Positions 14,585 to 27,135 of a stretch of DNA of 64,000 nt are shown here, piece by piece. Position 1 is the first letter of the stretch. Every line of letters begins with the position of its first letter. The translations under genes were made by a program, and so were the position numbers. Origin of the DNA: Octopus sinensis (lineage: Eukaryota); contig NC_042997.1 of NCBI RefSeq assembly GCF_006345805.1, forward strand, positions 108,872,001-108,936,000. Reading direction: 5' to 3'. The notes below the pieces were generated by a model. It saw only the letters and a list, made by a program, of their open reading frames with translations, searched no databases and had not been told where the DNA came from.

Positions 14585-15560
14585 ACACCCAGACATTGAA
14601 AAGACATACACGGCAGAAATTGTTACGAGAGAAAATTTCTTCTTATGTACAACTTATGTGACAGAACACTCAATTAAGCTTTATATGACGTCAGTGGACG
14701 TTGCAGCATCGTTATGCATTGTGGACTGTGGGAAAGTCTTCTTTCATAACGACATTGTTCTAATAATTAGAACAGCAAATACACCATTTGCTGGGGTGTG
14801 CAAAAATTTGTCAGGTTCGAATTAATTGATAAGAGCTGCATTAAGTAGTGTTGAATGAAGCATGGACATGTACAATCCTATTTGACATATTCATTGATGT
14901 TTCGCCCTAGGTTAAAAACAGTTGATATTTAAGTTTAACTCTATCGACTCTTATCTCTTTTGCGCTATGAACGCAGCCAAAGGCAATTTTTAAGGTGAAC
15001 CCATTAAGAATTTTTGTGACACTATGGGGGGAAAGTGTTTATCCACTAAGGTAAGGGAAATACTACTCATCCAAGATTTTACACTTAAAGTGAGGTGGGG
15101 TGTGACCCACAACACTCTATGGTTGCGTTTTCTCTTGGGGATTAGGGTGTAGAGTGTATCTAATCCTATCCTTAAAACCGTTAAACCCAGTGCTTCACTG
15201 TTGTTCCGGGCAGCAACATCAAAAGTGTATTTCATTGAAGATAGGTTGGACATTCTTCTGCTGCTTCCATTACGAGGTTCCTGAATACTATGGCTGGATA
15301 ACAGATAGCTGTGTTTATGTGCATCATTCTCAACCTAAACTGCAGAAGTGAAATAGTTTTTAGCTCTTGCCCACACGAAAAAAAAAAAATTTTTATCGTA
15401 CCTTCATCATATCTATCACAAGTTCTCCACCTTTGGCACCTTTACAATCGTATCTGAGAACCAAACAAAGAATCAAACCAAACCATACACAGATATGCGC
15501 CTGGACAAGGACTTAAGCATTCGGGTCCTCATCATAATACCGTTGCACATATACCAACCT
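14585..15560 (-). mobile_element. Penelope-like element relic (Naiad-type RT C-terminus/linker and probable EN region)
   Basis: Minus peptides GAKGGELV, RRMSNLSSMKYTFDVAARNNSEAL, KRKRNHRVLWVTP...LVDKHFPP and, after a 1-nt shift, HKILNGFTLKIAFGC follow the Naiad-type order (GAEVCELV; RKRNIIWFNPP; DKHFP; KISYSC). Many stops. Confidence 0.65.
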
Positions 15561-15998
15561 TACACTAGTATAAACCTCTAATTCCTACGCATGTTTTGAG
15601 AAAACTCTTGTAGACTTATATCTCAATGACCTTTGGGACCAAAGAACATAACTCTACATATAACACTTGTTCAGTTATCACAATAGCCACAAAATTATAG
15701 TTTTTCATCTCCCGTAACGGAGAGCAGTCGCCATATTTTTCTATACCTGTAAGCTCTGACGAGCACGCGGTATTACATGAACGTGCTATTATCTAACACC
15801 CGGTTTAATACACAGTGCGAAACCGAAAGGTAAGATCGGTGGCAATAGGTATATAATACTGCACATTGCTTAATATAGCCATACATACATACATACATAC
15901 ATACATACATACATACATTCATACATACATACATACATACATACATACATACATACATACATACATACATACATACATACATACATGCATACATATAC

Positions 15999-16341
15999 CA
16001 CCTAACAACCAATCTTGTGAAATTAGGCTTTTCAGAACTAGACTGGAAAAAGCTGATTCGAAGACTACAGATCCAAACCATCACTGGAACTTTCCCGAAG
16101 CTTATCATTTAGGTATACATGCGCATGTGTAGACATGCAGCTATATGCATGAGAAGACATACATAAAATAAAACGTACAAATCTCACACACACACACTGA
16201 CTCCAAATACGCCACATGTACACACATACATGCAAAAATACCTTGTTGATGTTAAAAATTTCAATGAAAGAGGCTTGGATCTGGGTTATAAACCGGCTCT
16301 TTCTCTACTGGCAAGACAATTTTAAATAAATCTGAATAATG

Positions 16342-16342
<1 letters not shown>
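15999..16342 (+). mobile_element. 3' end of an RLE-type non-LTR retrotransposon (family X)
   Basis: Encodes ..LVKLGFSELDWKKLIRRLQIQTITGT; homologous to 29866-30284 including the 3' terminus CTGAATAATGA; preceded by a long (CATA)n. Confidence 0.7.
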
Positions 16343-16387
<45 letters not shown>

Positions 16388-16390
<3 letters not shown>

Positions 16391-16755
16391 TCTTTTTACT
16401 CTTTTACTTGTTTCAGTCATTTGACTGCGGTCATGCTGGAGCACCGCCTTTAGTCGAGCAAATCGACCCCAGTACTTATTCTATCGGTCTCTTTTGCCGA
16501 ACCGCTAAGTGACGGGGACGTAAACACACCAGCATCGGTTGTCAAGCAATGCTAGGGGGACAAACACAGACACACAAACATATACACACACACTTATATA
16601 TATATATATATATACATATGTACGACAGGCTTCTTTCAGTTTCCGTCTACCAAATCCACTCACAAGGCATTGGTCAAGATGTCACGCAGTGGGACTGAAC
16701 CCGGAACCATGTGGTTGGTTAGCAAGCTACTTACCACACAGCCACTCCTGCGCAT
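16388..16755 (-). mobile_element. SINE family A copy
   Basis: Homology to 6324-6748; two internal deletions. Confidence 0.9.
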
Positions 16756-16763
16756 ATATATTA

Positions 16764-16873
16764 ATCAAAATAAGCAACAAGGATATCCAAGGTGGAGTTG
16801 TACAATTATTTCATGCTACTTCCTTTTACAATTGTACAACTCTACCTTGGATATCCTTGTTGCTTCTTTTGAT
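16764..16873. repeat. 110-bp hairpin / MITE-like inverted repeat
   Basis: Arms 16764-16807 and 16830-16873 pair at 42/44 with a 22-nt spacer. Confidence 0.9.
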
Positions 16874-16969
16874 ATAATCACCCCATTTGATTTATATGGA
16901 TAACACCATACAAAATTCTGGTGCCTTTAACTTAAGTACCATATTCATTTGAATCTAAATTTTGCTGAA

Positions 16970-17048
<79 letters not shown>

Positions 17049-17931
17049 ATATATATATATATATCTACACACACATTTATATATGCTAGGTTAATTGGAA
17101 AAAAAGAGACGGAGTCAAACAATGGAGTGGGAGATAAAGTAATGCTAAAAGTCCGCTTGGTGACAAGAAAATATTGTATTCGTCATATGAGAGGAAGATA
17201 AATGAGAGAAGATAAAGTCAGTGTGACCGAGTGTGTGTGTTCTGAAGAAAATATCAATGAAATAGGACATTTTAGCTGGATAGAATCATTTCTCAATGAA
17301 TTCCCCATCATGCAGTGCCATACAGAAATTGCCTGACTTCAATTAAACACGATTCAATATGAAAGTCCGTAATATCTTTCCAAAACCTTCAACTGTAAAT
17401 GGAATAATTGAGTTGTGAATGCTATAACGCACTAATAACAATTCAACGCCTATTTTTGGATTATTATTCCTTGCTATGAGAATAAAATATATATGTGTGA
17501 CTGTGATATTTAATAAAGTCAATATAATATCAATCAATGCTGCATTTGTCTGTCCGGACATATATAGAATCGAATGGAATCGATAACTTGCCAGCTATAT
17601 CTTTTTACTCTAAAATTTTCCCGTGTCTCATGAAACCACTTTTAACTTACAATCACCTAATTTAACACTTTTGTGTGTATTCAGTGAATGGTGTTTAGCA
17701 CCACTGAAGACTTCGTTAACACATAGAGTACTCGGAGAAAGTCAGTTCAGTTCAGTGCATCCATCTCTGAGTGGCGTACATCCATTTCTATCGGAGGAGC
17801 TTCATCTTTTATTGGTTTCAGTCATTGGACAACGACCATACGGAGCATACAGCCTTGAAGGATTTATTCAAACAAATCGATCTCAATGCTTCTTTTCCTG
17901 TTTTTTTTAAAATCTTTATTAAAGTGAGGTA

Positions 17932-18019
17932 TTATTCTATCGGCCTTTTTTTAGCAAACCGCTAAGTTGCGGGTCCGTAAACAAACCCGTACCACCTGTC
18001 AAGTAGTGGAGGGGGATAA

Positions 18020-18065
<46 letters not shown>

Positions 18066-18219
18066 CGACGGGCTTATGTCCACCAAATTCACTCACAAGT
18101 CTTTGGTCGACTCGGAGCCATAGCATAAGACACTTGCACAAGTTGCCACGTATTGGGACTGAACCCAAACGCACGTATTTACTAAACAAGCTTCTTAACC
18201 GAATCGACACGCTGCACCT
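17932..18219 (-). mobile_element. Diverged SINE family A copy
   Basis: GGGACTGAACCC B box, ACTCACAAG...TTGGTCGAC body and (AC)n core. Confidence 0.75.
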
Positions 18220-18301
18220 GATTCAACGCCTCAATCTAACGAAGTGATTCTCAACAATACATTACTATAACAGAGTTGTTTCTCTCTTGTGGTGCCTAGT
18301 T

Positions 18302-18716
18302 ACACCCAGACATTGAAAAAACATACACGGCAGAAATTGTTACGAGAGAAAATTTCTCCTTATGTACAATGTATGTGACAGAACACTCAATTAAGCTTTA
18401 TATGACGTCAGTGGACGTTGCAGCATCGTTATGCATTGTGGACTGTGGGAAAGTCTTCTTTCATAACGACATTGTTCTAATAATTAGAACAGCAAATACA
18501 CCATTTGCTGGGGTGTGCAAAAATTTGTCAGGTTCGAATTAATTGATAAGAGCTGCATTAAGCAGTGTTGAATGAAGCATGGACAAATACAATCCTATTT
18601 GACATATTCATTGATGTTTCGCCCTAGCTTAAAAACAGTTGATATTTAAGTTTAACTCTATCGACTCTTATCTCTTTTGCGCTATGAACGCAGCCAAAGG
18701 CAATTTTTAAGTGAAC
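18302..18716 (-). repeat. ~415-bp direct duplicate of 14585-15000
   Basis: Base-by-base match from ACACCCAGACATTG to GGCAATTTTTAAG(G)TGAAC with about ten differences. Confidence 0.95.
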
Positions 18717-19059
18717 GGGATCAGTTAAGATTTAATCGTATCATTTCAGGCTAGCAATGCTTACAGATAATCGACCCCTAATATCTGACGCCGTTATGAA
18801 ATAGTCTCGTCCCCTCTTCAATGTTCGTTGATGTAAATATAAACATATGTCGCTACATGTTGGTCACCGAGTAACTGACGCCATCTTTCGGTTCCTTGAC
18901 CGTTGTCTTTGCCTATATAAACTCTGTTTAATTACACGTGACTAACATACAATCCCCACCCCAGCAAATGCCTTTGTAAGATATTTAAATTAATAATGAC
19001 CTTCTCAAAACATATACAGGGTCATTGCTGCTGTTGTTGTTGTTATTATTATTATTATT

Positions 19060-19729
19060 GAGTGGGAGAGCAGTACATGACATCAATGTGACACTGAGGT
19101 AAAATGTACGAAGCCCTGTATACCAATCATGACTACCCGTCTGATAAGGGTACACCAGGCACATGCATTGTCATTGCCTTTGGGGTTATGCGATCGAATT
19201 GGTTAATCTCCGCTCGTGTCCGTTCCAGAATGGGTGAACTATAGCGGACTACAGCAACAGCCATAGACTGATGGCAGTCACAAGGTTCCTTGCGCTGAGT
19301 TTTAAGGCGCTTGAAATATGCAGTGATGACTTTATCTCTCATTTATTTGTGCAAGATATTGTCCAGCTCCAGGATCCTAAAGTACTCGTACCCATCATCA
19401 TCTGGGTCTTCCATTCCTTTTCTGTTTGGCAATTCTATGCCCCTGCAATCTGCTTTTCCCCCGTTTCAACGTGAGCACCGCATACTTTGAGACACCGAAT
19501 TCCTTCCCTATATCTTTGCCGCACATCTGCGCAGTCTCAACCAGCCTCTCCATTTCAGGCTCTGTTTTTACGAACAGTTTTAAATTATCCATGGTGAGAA
19601 GTTGTTGAGACGAAGTCTATTCTTTCTCAGCTGATAGTGTGCGCTGAGTTTGCGTAGAAAAACAGAAAGTGGGATCAAGGCTATAACAAAGAACAAAGGT
19701 GAACAAGAATCTCCCTGGAAGATACCTCT
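19060..19729 (-). mobile_element. R4/Dong-like LINE fragment A (5'-truncated, internally deleted)
   Basis: Minus peptides RGIFQGDSCSPLFFVIALIP, MDNLKLF, FGVSKYAVL and AVVRYSSPIL..TRAEI; then an abrupt jump to a short non-coding 3' end followed by (AAT)n at 19043-19059. Confidence 0.75.
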
Positions 19730-19735
19730 TTATTA

Positions 19736-19810
<75 letters not shown>

Positions 19811-19813
<3 letters not shown>

Positions 19814-22800
19814 TAGTTTTATTTTTATAGCGTGCTTTCACTTCACTACCGAGCGCAGCTCTGTGTGCCTTGGGTATGTGCTGTGATTTGTTGTGATGCT
19901 CTGATGGTTATTGTATGGAAAGTGTTCTGCGTAGGATGTGTGCAGTGCCTAGTAGTGCAATTTTCTGTATGTTATATGTGTTTGTAAGTCCTGGTGTTTT
20001 TGTTATGTATTTGTCTGAATATTTTTTTATCATGCCTAATGCACCTACTATGATAGGAATTGTTTCTGTTTTCAGGTTCCACATTCTAGTTACCTCTATT
20101 TCCAGGTCTTTGTATTTTGAGAGTTTCTCCATTTCTTTTAGAGACACGTTGTCATCTGCCGGTATTGATACATCAATTAGAAAGCATTTTTTTTCTTCAT
20201 GATCTCTGACAACTATATCTGGTCTGTTGGCCTTAATTTCTCTATCTGTGTGTATCGGCATATCCCAGAGTATGGTTGCTTTCTCGTTTTCTGTGACCTT
20301 TTCTGGTGTGTGCCTATACCATCTTTTTTCTATTGTTATTCCATAATGTTGGCATAGCTTCCAATGTATGTAGGTTCCAACTCTGTCATGTCTGTGAATA
20401 TATTCCTTCTTAGCCAGGACTGGGCAGCTAGAGATAATATGATTTATTGTTTCTTGTCCATCTCCACATATTCTGCAGTTACTTGTAATATTTCTTTTCA
20501 TTACATGTTTTTGGTAATTTCTGGTGGGGAGGCTTTGGTCTTGTGCTGCAATTAAAAATCCCTCTGTTTCTGCTTTGAGTCCTGAGCTTCTCAACCATTG
20601 CTGGGATTTTTCTTTGTCTATTTTTTTTTGCGTTTAGTTTAGTGCAGTATTTACCATGAAGAGGTTTTTCTTGCCATCGTTTTATCATGGCTCGTTGCTG
20701 TTCTATTTTTAGTTTGGATTTCATTTGTTTTATAGCTTTTGTTGTTTCTTCATCATCTTCTTCTTCTTCTTTGTGTTTATTAGGTTGTATGATTTCTTGT
20801 TTGTATTTGTCAGCTTCCTTAAATACTGAGAACAGTTTTTTGTTTTTTGCTCGTGTTTTGCTGCTATCTGGATCAGTTTTCCTTCCTTCTGAAGTAGGTA
20901 TTTTTGCAGTCCTATGGTGGTTATTTTATAGTAGTTTTCCAGCTGTATAAGGCCTCTACCACCTTCTATACGTTGTATATATAGTCTTTCTATGTCAGAT
21001 TTTGGGTGATGCATCCTAGATCCTGTCAGTATTTTTCTTGTTTTCCTATCTATTTTGGACAGTTCATTTCGTGTCCAGTTAAGGATATTGTAGCTGTAAC
21101 TTATAACTGGGACAGCTAAAGTGTTGATACCTATTATCTTGTTTTTAGCATTGAGCTCTGTTTTTAGTATTGATCTAACTCGTCTATAATATTCTTTTTT
21201 TATTTTCTCTTTCATTTGTGTGTGTTGTGTCTTATCTAGTTCATGGATTCCTAAGTATTTGTAAGTTTGGCTTTGGTCTAATTCTTTTATTTCATTGGTT
21301 TTATCTAGTGTGATGTTGTTACTCTTAACTAGTTTTCCTCTTTTCATGGTTACTTTGGCGCATTTTTCTAATCCAAATTTCATATCTATTTCTTTGGTAA
21401 ATCCATGAACTGTCTTTAATAGTGTTTCCAGCTGTTTGTCATTTGCAGCGTATAGTTTTAGGTCATCCATATATAAAAGGTGGCTGATCGTTTTGCCGTA
21501 ACATTTATATCCACATCCAGTTCTATTTAGCATATCAGATAGAGGTGACAGTGTCAAGCAGAAAAGGAGTGGAGAGAGCGTGTCTCCCTGGAATATTCCT
21601 CTTCTAATGGGAATGTCTTTGGTTTTCATGAGTCCCTCTTTTGTTTGGAGGTGTAGGACTGTTTGCCATTTATTCATAGAGTGCTCTATGAATTTTATGA
21701 TTGTTGGTGCTACTTTGTTAATGGCTAGTGTTTCGAGGATCCATGTGTGGGGGATGCTATCAAACGCCTTTTTGTAGTCAATCCAGGCCATACTGAGGCC
21801 TTTCTTCTTTCTGTGGCTGTCTTCAGTTACGGCTTTATTAATCATTAGTTGATCTTTACAGCCATATGAGCCCTTGCGGCATCCTTTCTGCTCTTCTGGG
21901 AACAGTTTGTTTTCGTCCAGGTGCTTGTTCAGCCTTTGCGATATCACTGCAGTAAATGCCTTGAACATAGTAGGGAGGCAGGTTATTGGTCTGTAGTTTT
22001 CTGGTTTTGTTGTTTCATTTGATTTGGGAATTAAGATGGTTTTCCCCTTCGTGAGCCATTCAGGCATTGTCTCTGGCTCTGCTAGTATGCTGTTAAAGTT
22101 TTCAGCCAGCTTTTTTGCATTCCTGTTAGATATTTCAACCAGAAGTTGGGGATCTTGTCATGCCCAGGTGCCTTCCAGTTGCTTAGTTTTTGCAGTGCCT
22201 GGGTGACCTCTTCAGTTGTTATGGGGTCCAAAGTTGTTCAGATGCCGAGTTTTTATTTTCATACTCCTTTTTTTTTTGGCTGTTCGTTCGCCGACCATAT
22301 TTCTTTCCAGAAATCTTCCAATTCTTCTGCCGTTGGTGCTGCAGTGACTTCTATTTTATTTTTGCCCAGTTCTTGGTAGAACTTTTTGGGGTCGGAGTTG
22401 AACTTTTTGTTCTGTTCAAAGAAGCGTTGGCGTTTCTCGTACCGGCGGATCCTTTGAGCTTTGGCAAGGATATCTTGCTTCAGCTTTTCTTTTATCTCCG
22501 GCAAATCTTTTTCTGTGATGTTATATTTGCGGAGCATTTTTGTTCTCTTTTTGTTGCTCAGTAGCGTTGCTTGTTTGCTGATTTCATTAAGAATCGACAG
22601 GTCTTTTCTAATTTTTTTATTTTGTTTTGGATGTTATTTATCCACAGGGTTTGTTTGGGTGGTGGTACTCCTGTTTGGGCGGGTTTAGGTGAGTATCCAG
22701 GTTTGTTTGGTTGGTGGTACTCCTGTTTGGGCGGGTTTGGGTGAGTATCCAATTTGGGCGGGTTTGGGTGAGTATCCAGTTTGGGCGGGTTTGGGTGAGT

Positions 22801-22907
22801 ATCCAGTTTGGGCGGGTTTGGGTGAGTATCCATTTTGGGCGGGTTTGGGTGAGTATCCAGTTTGGGCGGGTTTGGGTGAGTATCCAGTTTGGGCGGGTTT
22901 GGGTGAG
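19811..22907 (-). mobile_element. R4/Dong-like RLE non-LTR retrotransposon B (5'-truncated, near-intact RT, CCHC and RLE)
   Basis: ORF 20730-22067 has RT motifs NYRPITCL, WIDYKKAFDS, GIFQGDTLSP and YMDD. ORF 19908-20594 has the CRICG..ETINHIISSC zinc knuckle and RPDIV..FLIDVSIP..K RLE. ~100-bp 3' UTR; (TAA)n on both sides. Confidence 0.92.
22648..22907. repeat. G-rich tandem array: two ~53-bp units plus 5.8 x 27-bp units (TTTGGGCGGGTTTGGGTGAGTATCCA core)
   Basis: 27-bp period counted from 22752 to 22907; forms the 5' edge of element B. Confidence 0.95.
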
Positions 22908-22908
22908 A

Positions 22909-22969
<61 letters not shown>

Positions 22970-22970
<1 letters not shown>

Positions 22971-24800
22971 CTTCATAACACAGTGTAGGTAAAAATGCAC
23001 CGGAGTCTTTAGTCATCTGTCAAGTCACAACAAGGACCTCAGACAGATAATACTTTCCTTAAGATGTGCGCTGTGCCGAATAAGGTGGCTTTTTGTAAGA
23101 CATCAACCTTGCATGGAATTTCCAGTTGCCTTAAGAAGTCTTGGGTTTTAATGGGATTGAGCCCAACGCTCCGATCACTACTGGTATCACTTTTACATTA
23201 CCCACTCACATTCCATACCGTCTTACCATTTCCATTTTCAATTCGGAGTACTTGGTGATTTTTTTCAACCTCTTTACTCACAGCATTCATGTCATTTGGT
23301 ATGGCTACATCAATGATCTGACACTATTTGTTTCTCTTATTCAATATGACAATATCCGGCCGACGGTATAAGAGCCAATGAAGATACATATACATTTTAT
23401 CGTGGCGGCGTTTGTATTCTTTTTGTGCAAGGCTCTCACATCCACTTACCAAGTGGGTCACATTTTCCACACTCTTTCCACAGAATCTGCATTTCTGGGT
23501 GTCAGAAGTTTTATAGATGTAATACTTCACTGAATTGGTAGTGAGAGCCTGGTCTTGTACAGCAATGATCAGGCTTTCGGTGGTACGCTTCAAATCACCT
23601 CGCTCAAGCCATCCTCACGATGCTGTATTATCCTTAACGTCTTATGTATTCCTTTAAAACTGTTCATACATTCTGATTTCAAGGTCTTCTTTCCTCTTCT
23701 CCTCAACTCTTTGGTTAAACTCTTCCTTGCATATCATTTCAGCTGCATTTACACCCATATCTTTCGCAGCAGGTATTCATCACTATTTAGCAAATACTTG
23801 GCAAGCATTCTCCTTTCACTCCTTATACAATGGTCTATACTAATTAGTCCTCTGCCACCATTCTTTCTTTTCATATACAGTCTGTTTACGTTTGCTTTAG
23901 AGTATAGCGCCACATGCAGCGTCAACAATTTTCTCGTCCTTCTGTCCAGTGTTGATATTTCCTTCTTAGTTCATCTGAGTATTGACGCACTATATCTGAT
24001 CACCGCAACTGACCAGATATTCATTGCGGTAATCAAAGTTTTGGCATTGAGGTTGGATTTCAACACAAGCTTCACCCTTATATGATATGCCTCGCTGACC
24101 TTGACTTTCATTTATCTGTGTAGAATGTCATCCAGTTCCAAAATCCCTAAATATCCATACCCTCTACCGTCGGGCTCACCCATGGTCTCTCCCGATGGTA
24201 ACCGCAATCCTCAGCAGGCTGCTTTCTTCCCTTTTTTCATATTAAGTACTGAACATTTGGTAATCCCAAATTCCATACCTATGTCCGTACCACACTTCTG
24301 GAATGTTTTGGTTAAGGAATCTATCTGTTTTTCAGATTTCCCAAACAATTTCAGGTCATCCATAAACAGAAGATGGTTCAATGATGGGCCTTTCTTCCCA
24401 CATCGGTAACTCATCTTAACTTTCCTAAGTGTCATTGTTATGGGTATTAGTGCAATTACAAAAAGTAACGAAGAAAACGAGTCACCTTGGAAGATTCTCC
24501 TTTTAATATTAAATTCTCTGAGGAATATGTTACGTGAGTACAATTTGGTTTTTCACTCTTTCGTATCAGAAAGATCTGCTGGCATTCAACGATCCAAGAA
24601 TGCGGCATCATATCATATGCCGTCTTAAAGTCAATCCAAGCCTGAGAACTCTTCCTACATCCTTTTTGTTCCCTTTGTAGTATTTCTTCCTGTGCCAGGA
24701 AAGTGTATGTCTTTGCCGTACATATTCCAGGGAGTATCTTCCAGATTATGCTTAGGCATGCTATGGGACGGTTGTTTCCCCACAATATTCCACTTTCTTC
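22970..24800 (-). mobile_element. R4/Dong-like LINE C (older, divergent)
   Basis: Peptides NNRPIACL, EQKGCRK, WIDFKTAYD, RIFQGDSFS, LLFMDDLKLF, CRFCG..ENVTHLVSGC, RPDIV and GTAHILRKVLSV*; 3' UTR runs into (AAT)n at 22908-22969; stops and deletions. Confidence 0.85.
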
Positions 24801-24801
24801 T

Positions 24802-24868
<67 letters not shown>

Positions 24869-25298
24869 TATTATTATTATTATTATTATTGTTATTGTTG
24901 TTGTTGTTGCTGCTGCCGCTGCTGCTGATGTCGTTATTATGGCCGTTGCTGTTACAATGGTTATTATTATATTTCCATTGTCGCTCTGCCATTATGAGAG
25001 TTTGTGAGTCTTATGATGTTATCTTCTTTGTAGGTGCGGTGTTTCTGATATTGTTGCTGTAGTTCCCATTATCGTTGTTTATTTAATATACGAATATGAA
25101 GATATCAATGTAGAATATATCAATTTGTCATAGATAATCATATCACTGGCAATGGCGGAAAATTGAGTACATCCATAAAACTGCCGAAGCACAGACATGC
25201 GTACGAAGACATGGGGACGGACATTTAGACATACATGTATGTGCGCATATATGTCTATATATCTATACACACAGAAGAATACACACACACACAACACA

Positions 25299-25352
<54 letters not shown>

Positions 25353-26454
25353 ATATATATGTTTGTATGTGTGTTGTAATATGAAAATAATTAAAAGACC
25401 AAAAATAAAAGGCAAACGACAAAAGAGTCTGTGTGTGCAAAGCCAGCAACCATTATGGAACATTAATGAATATTTAACATCAGTTTGGCAATTAATCAAT
25501 TCAGTTTTCTTTTCTAAAATAGAAATAAAACATTATCCATTACCTTAAGAATGAATCACTGGACAAAATGGCGGATTTATTTTCGCTTCAACTGATTTTA
25601 TGCTTGCAAGGTTTTTGTCTCACTCTGAATTCAATATTTGCAAATATACCAAGACATGGAATTATCTAAAGTCGACTAACTGTGGATAATTGCATGAATT
25701 TCTTTGTGAGTGAGTTAGAGTAGATGATATAAGCTTTCAATCTATTGGAGAGCATATTTATTGATCAGTGTGCGCTGAATTTGTCAATCTTTTATTCAGT
25801 GAATTTCAGCTGCTGCATGGAAGCTTTTGTCGAGATCTATACAATAGGAAATGCTTCTAAACTGATCTCCGCTACAGAATATTTTGAGTTCAAACCTTGC
25901 TGAGCTTAAATTTGTCTTTCATCTTTCCCGGTCGATATAATATATAACATGGGTGATAATAACTGATGAATTCAATTAAAGCTCATTCTCACTCACATCC
26001 ACTCCCTTGTTTACAAAACACTGGATTAACAAATATAGACTTAGCGAAGACCGTGTTCCTTCTCAGAAAAACCGGAATTGTTTGTGAATATGTGTATAGA
26101 AATTTGCAGTGCAATATATGGATTCATAGAAGCATGTGGCTATCATGGAAAGCTCCTTTACTGAACCCGGTTAGCAGACTGCAGAGCAATCCAATACGAG
26201 TGGATATAATGTAGGGTTTTAGCAGCTGAAATCCAGCAGATCCAATCGTGTGTGTATATATCTGACATGGAGTATATAAAACAACAAATGTCAGAGGATT
26301 TGAGACGCTAAATACATATATTCACTTCTCGTAATTCCATACATTTCATACTAGACACACACACACACACACACAGAAAAATTAACAAGGAATTGGTAAT
26401 CCAGGCGAAATCATTTATTTCTTTTTTCTTCTTCTCATTATTTATTATTATTAT

Positions 26455-26498
<44 letters not shown>

Positions 26499-26659
26499 AT
26501 ACTACTACTACTACTATTATTATTATTATTATATTATTATTATTATCATTACACATATATTTGCTTATTCAATATGTATATATAAATATTTTTTATAATT
26601 TGTATATATTTATTCTATTATAAATTCAAAATAGCACCACGCAGGAATCGACGTAAGCT

Positions 26660-26713
26660 TAACTGATGATAAACCGCGATAGGTGAATCGCGATATGGCG
26701 AGGGATTACTGTA
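26660..26713. mobile_element. Solo pogo/Tigger-like terminal inverted repeat
   Basis: CGCGATATGGCGAGGGATTACTG|TA reads as CAGTAATCCCTCGCCATATCGCG on the minus strand; no partner end seen. Confidence 0.45.
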
Positions 26714-27020
26714 TATATATTCATATTTATATTTCTGTTTATATGTATATACCTTTATATACACACATGTATGTAAAAATATGTTTACACATCATGCGTA
26801 TGATTTATATTGCTACACTATACTCATATCTATATCAACATTCATAGGACTTCTTTTATGCATAAATTCAGTTATATTTGAAATAAGTATAGGCACACAC
26901 ACACACATACGTATATACATACATATATTCCAAATTTCACTGAAAATATGCATATATATATGTATATTATATGTATATATATTTATGTATGTATATTATA
27001 TGTATGTATATATATATATG

Positions 27021-27082
<62 letters not shown>

Positions 27083-27135
27083 ATATGTATATACATATGT
27101 GTCTTTATATGTGTGTGTGTATATTTCTTTTCTTT

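Noticed and set aside
14585-18716. 415-bp direct repeats as LTRs of an LTR retrotransposon
   Set aside because: No TG...CA ends, PBS, PPT or gag/pol; the repeat continues a Penelope-type reading frame.
22752-22907. 27-bp direct repeats resembling a CRISPR array
   Set aside because: The units are contiguous with no unique spacers, the context is eukaryotic, and the repeat derives from the LINE ORF.
26664-26705. CTGATGA followed by a hairpin as a hammerhead ribozyme
   Set aside because: No GAAA or stem III; the hairpin is better explained as a Tigger-like terminus.
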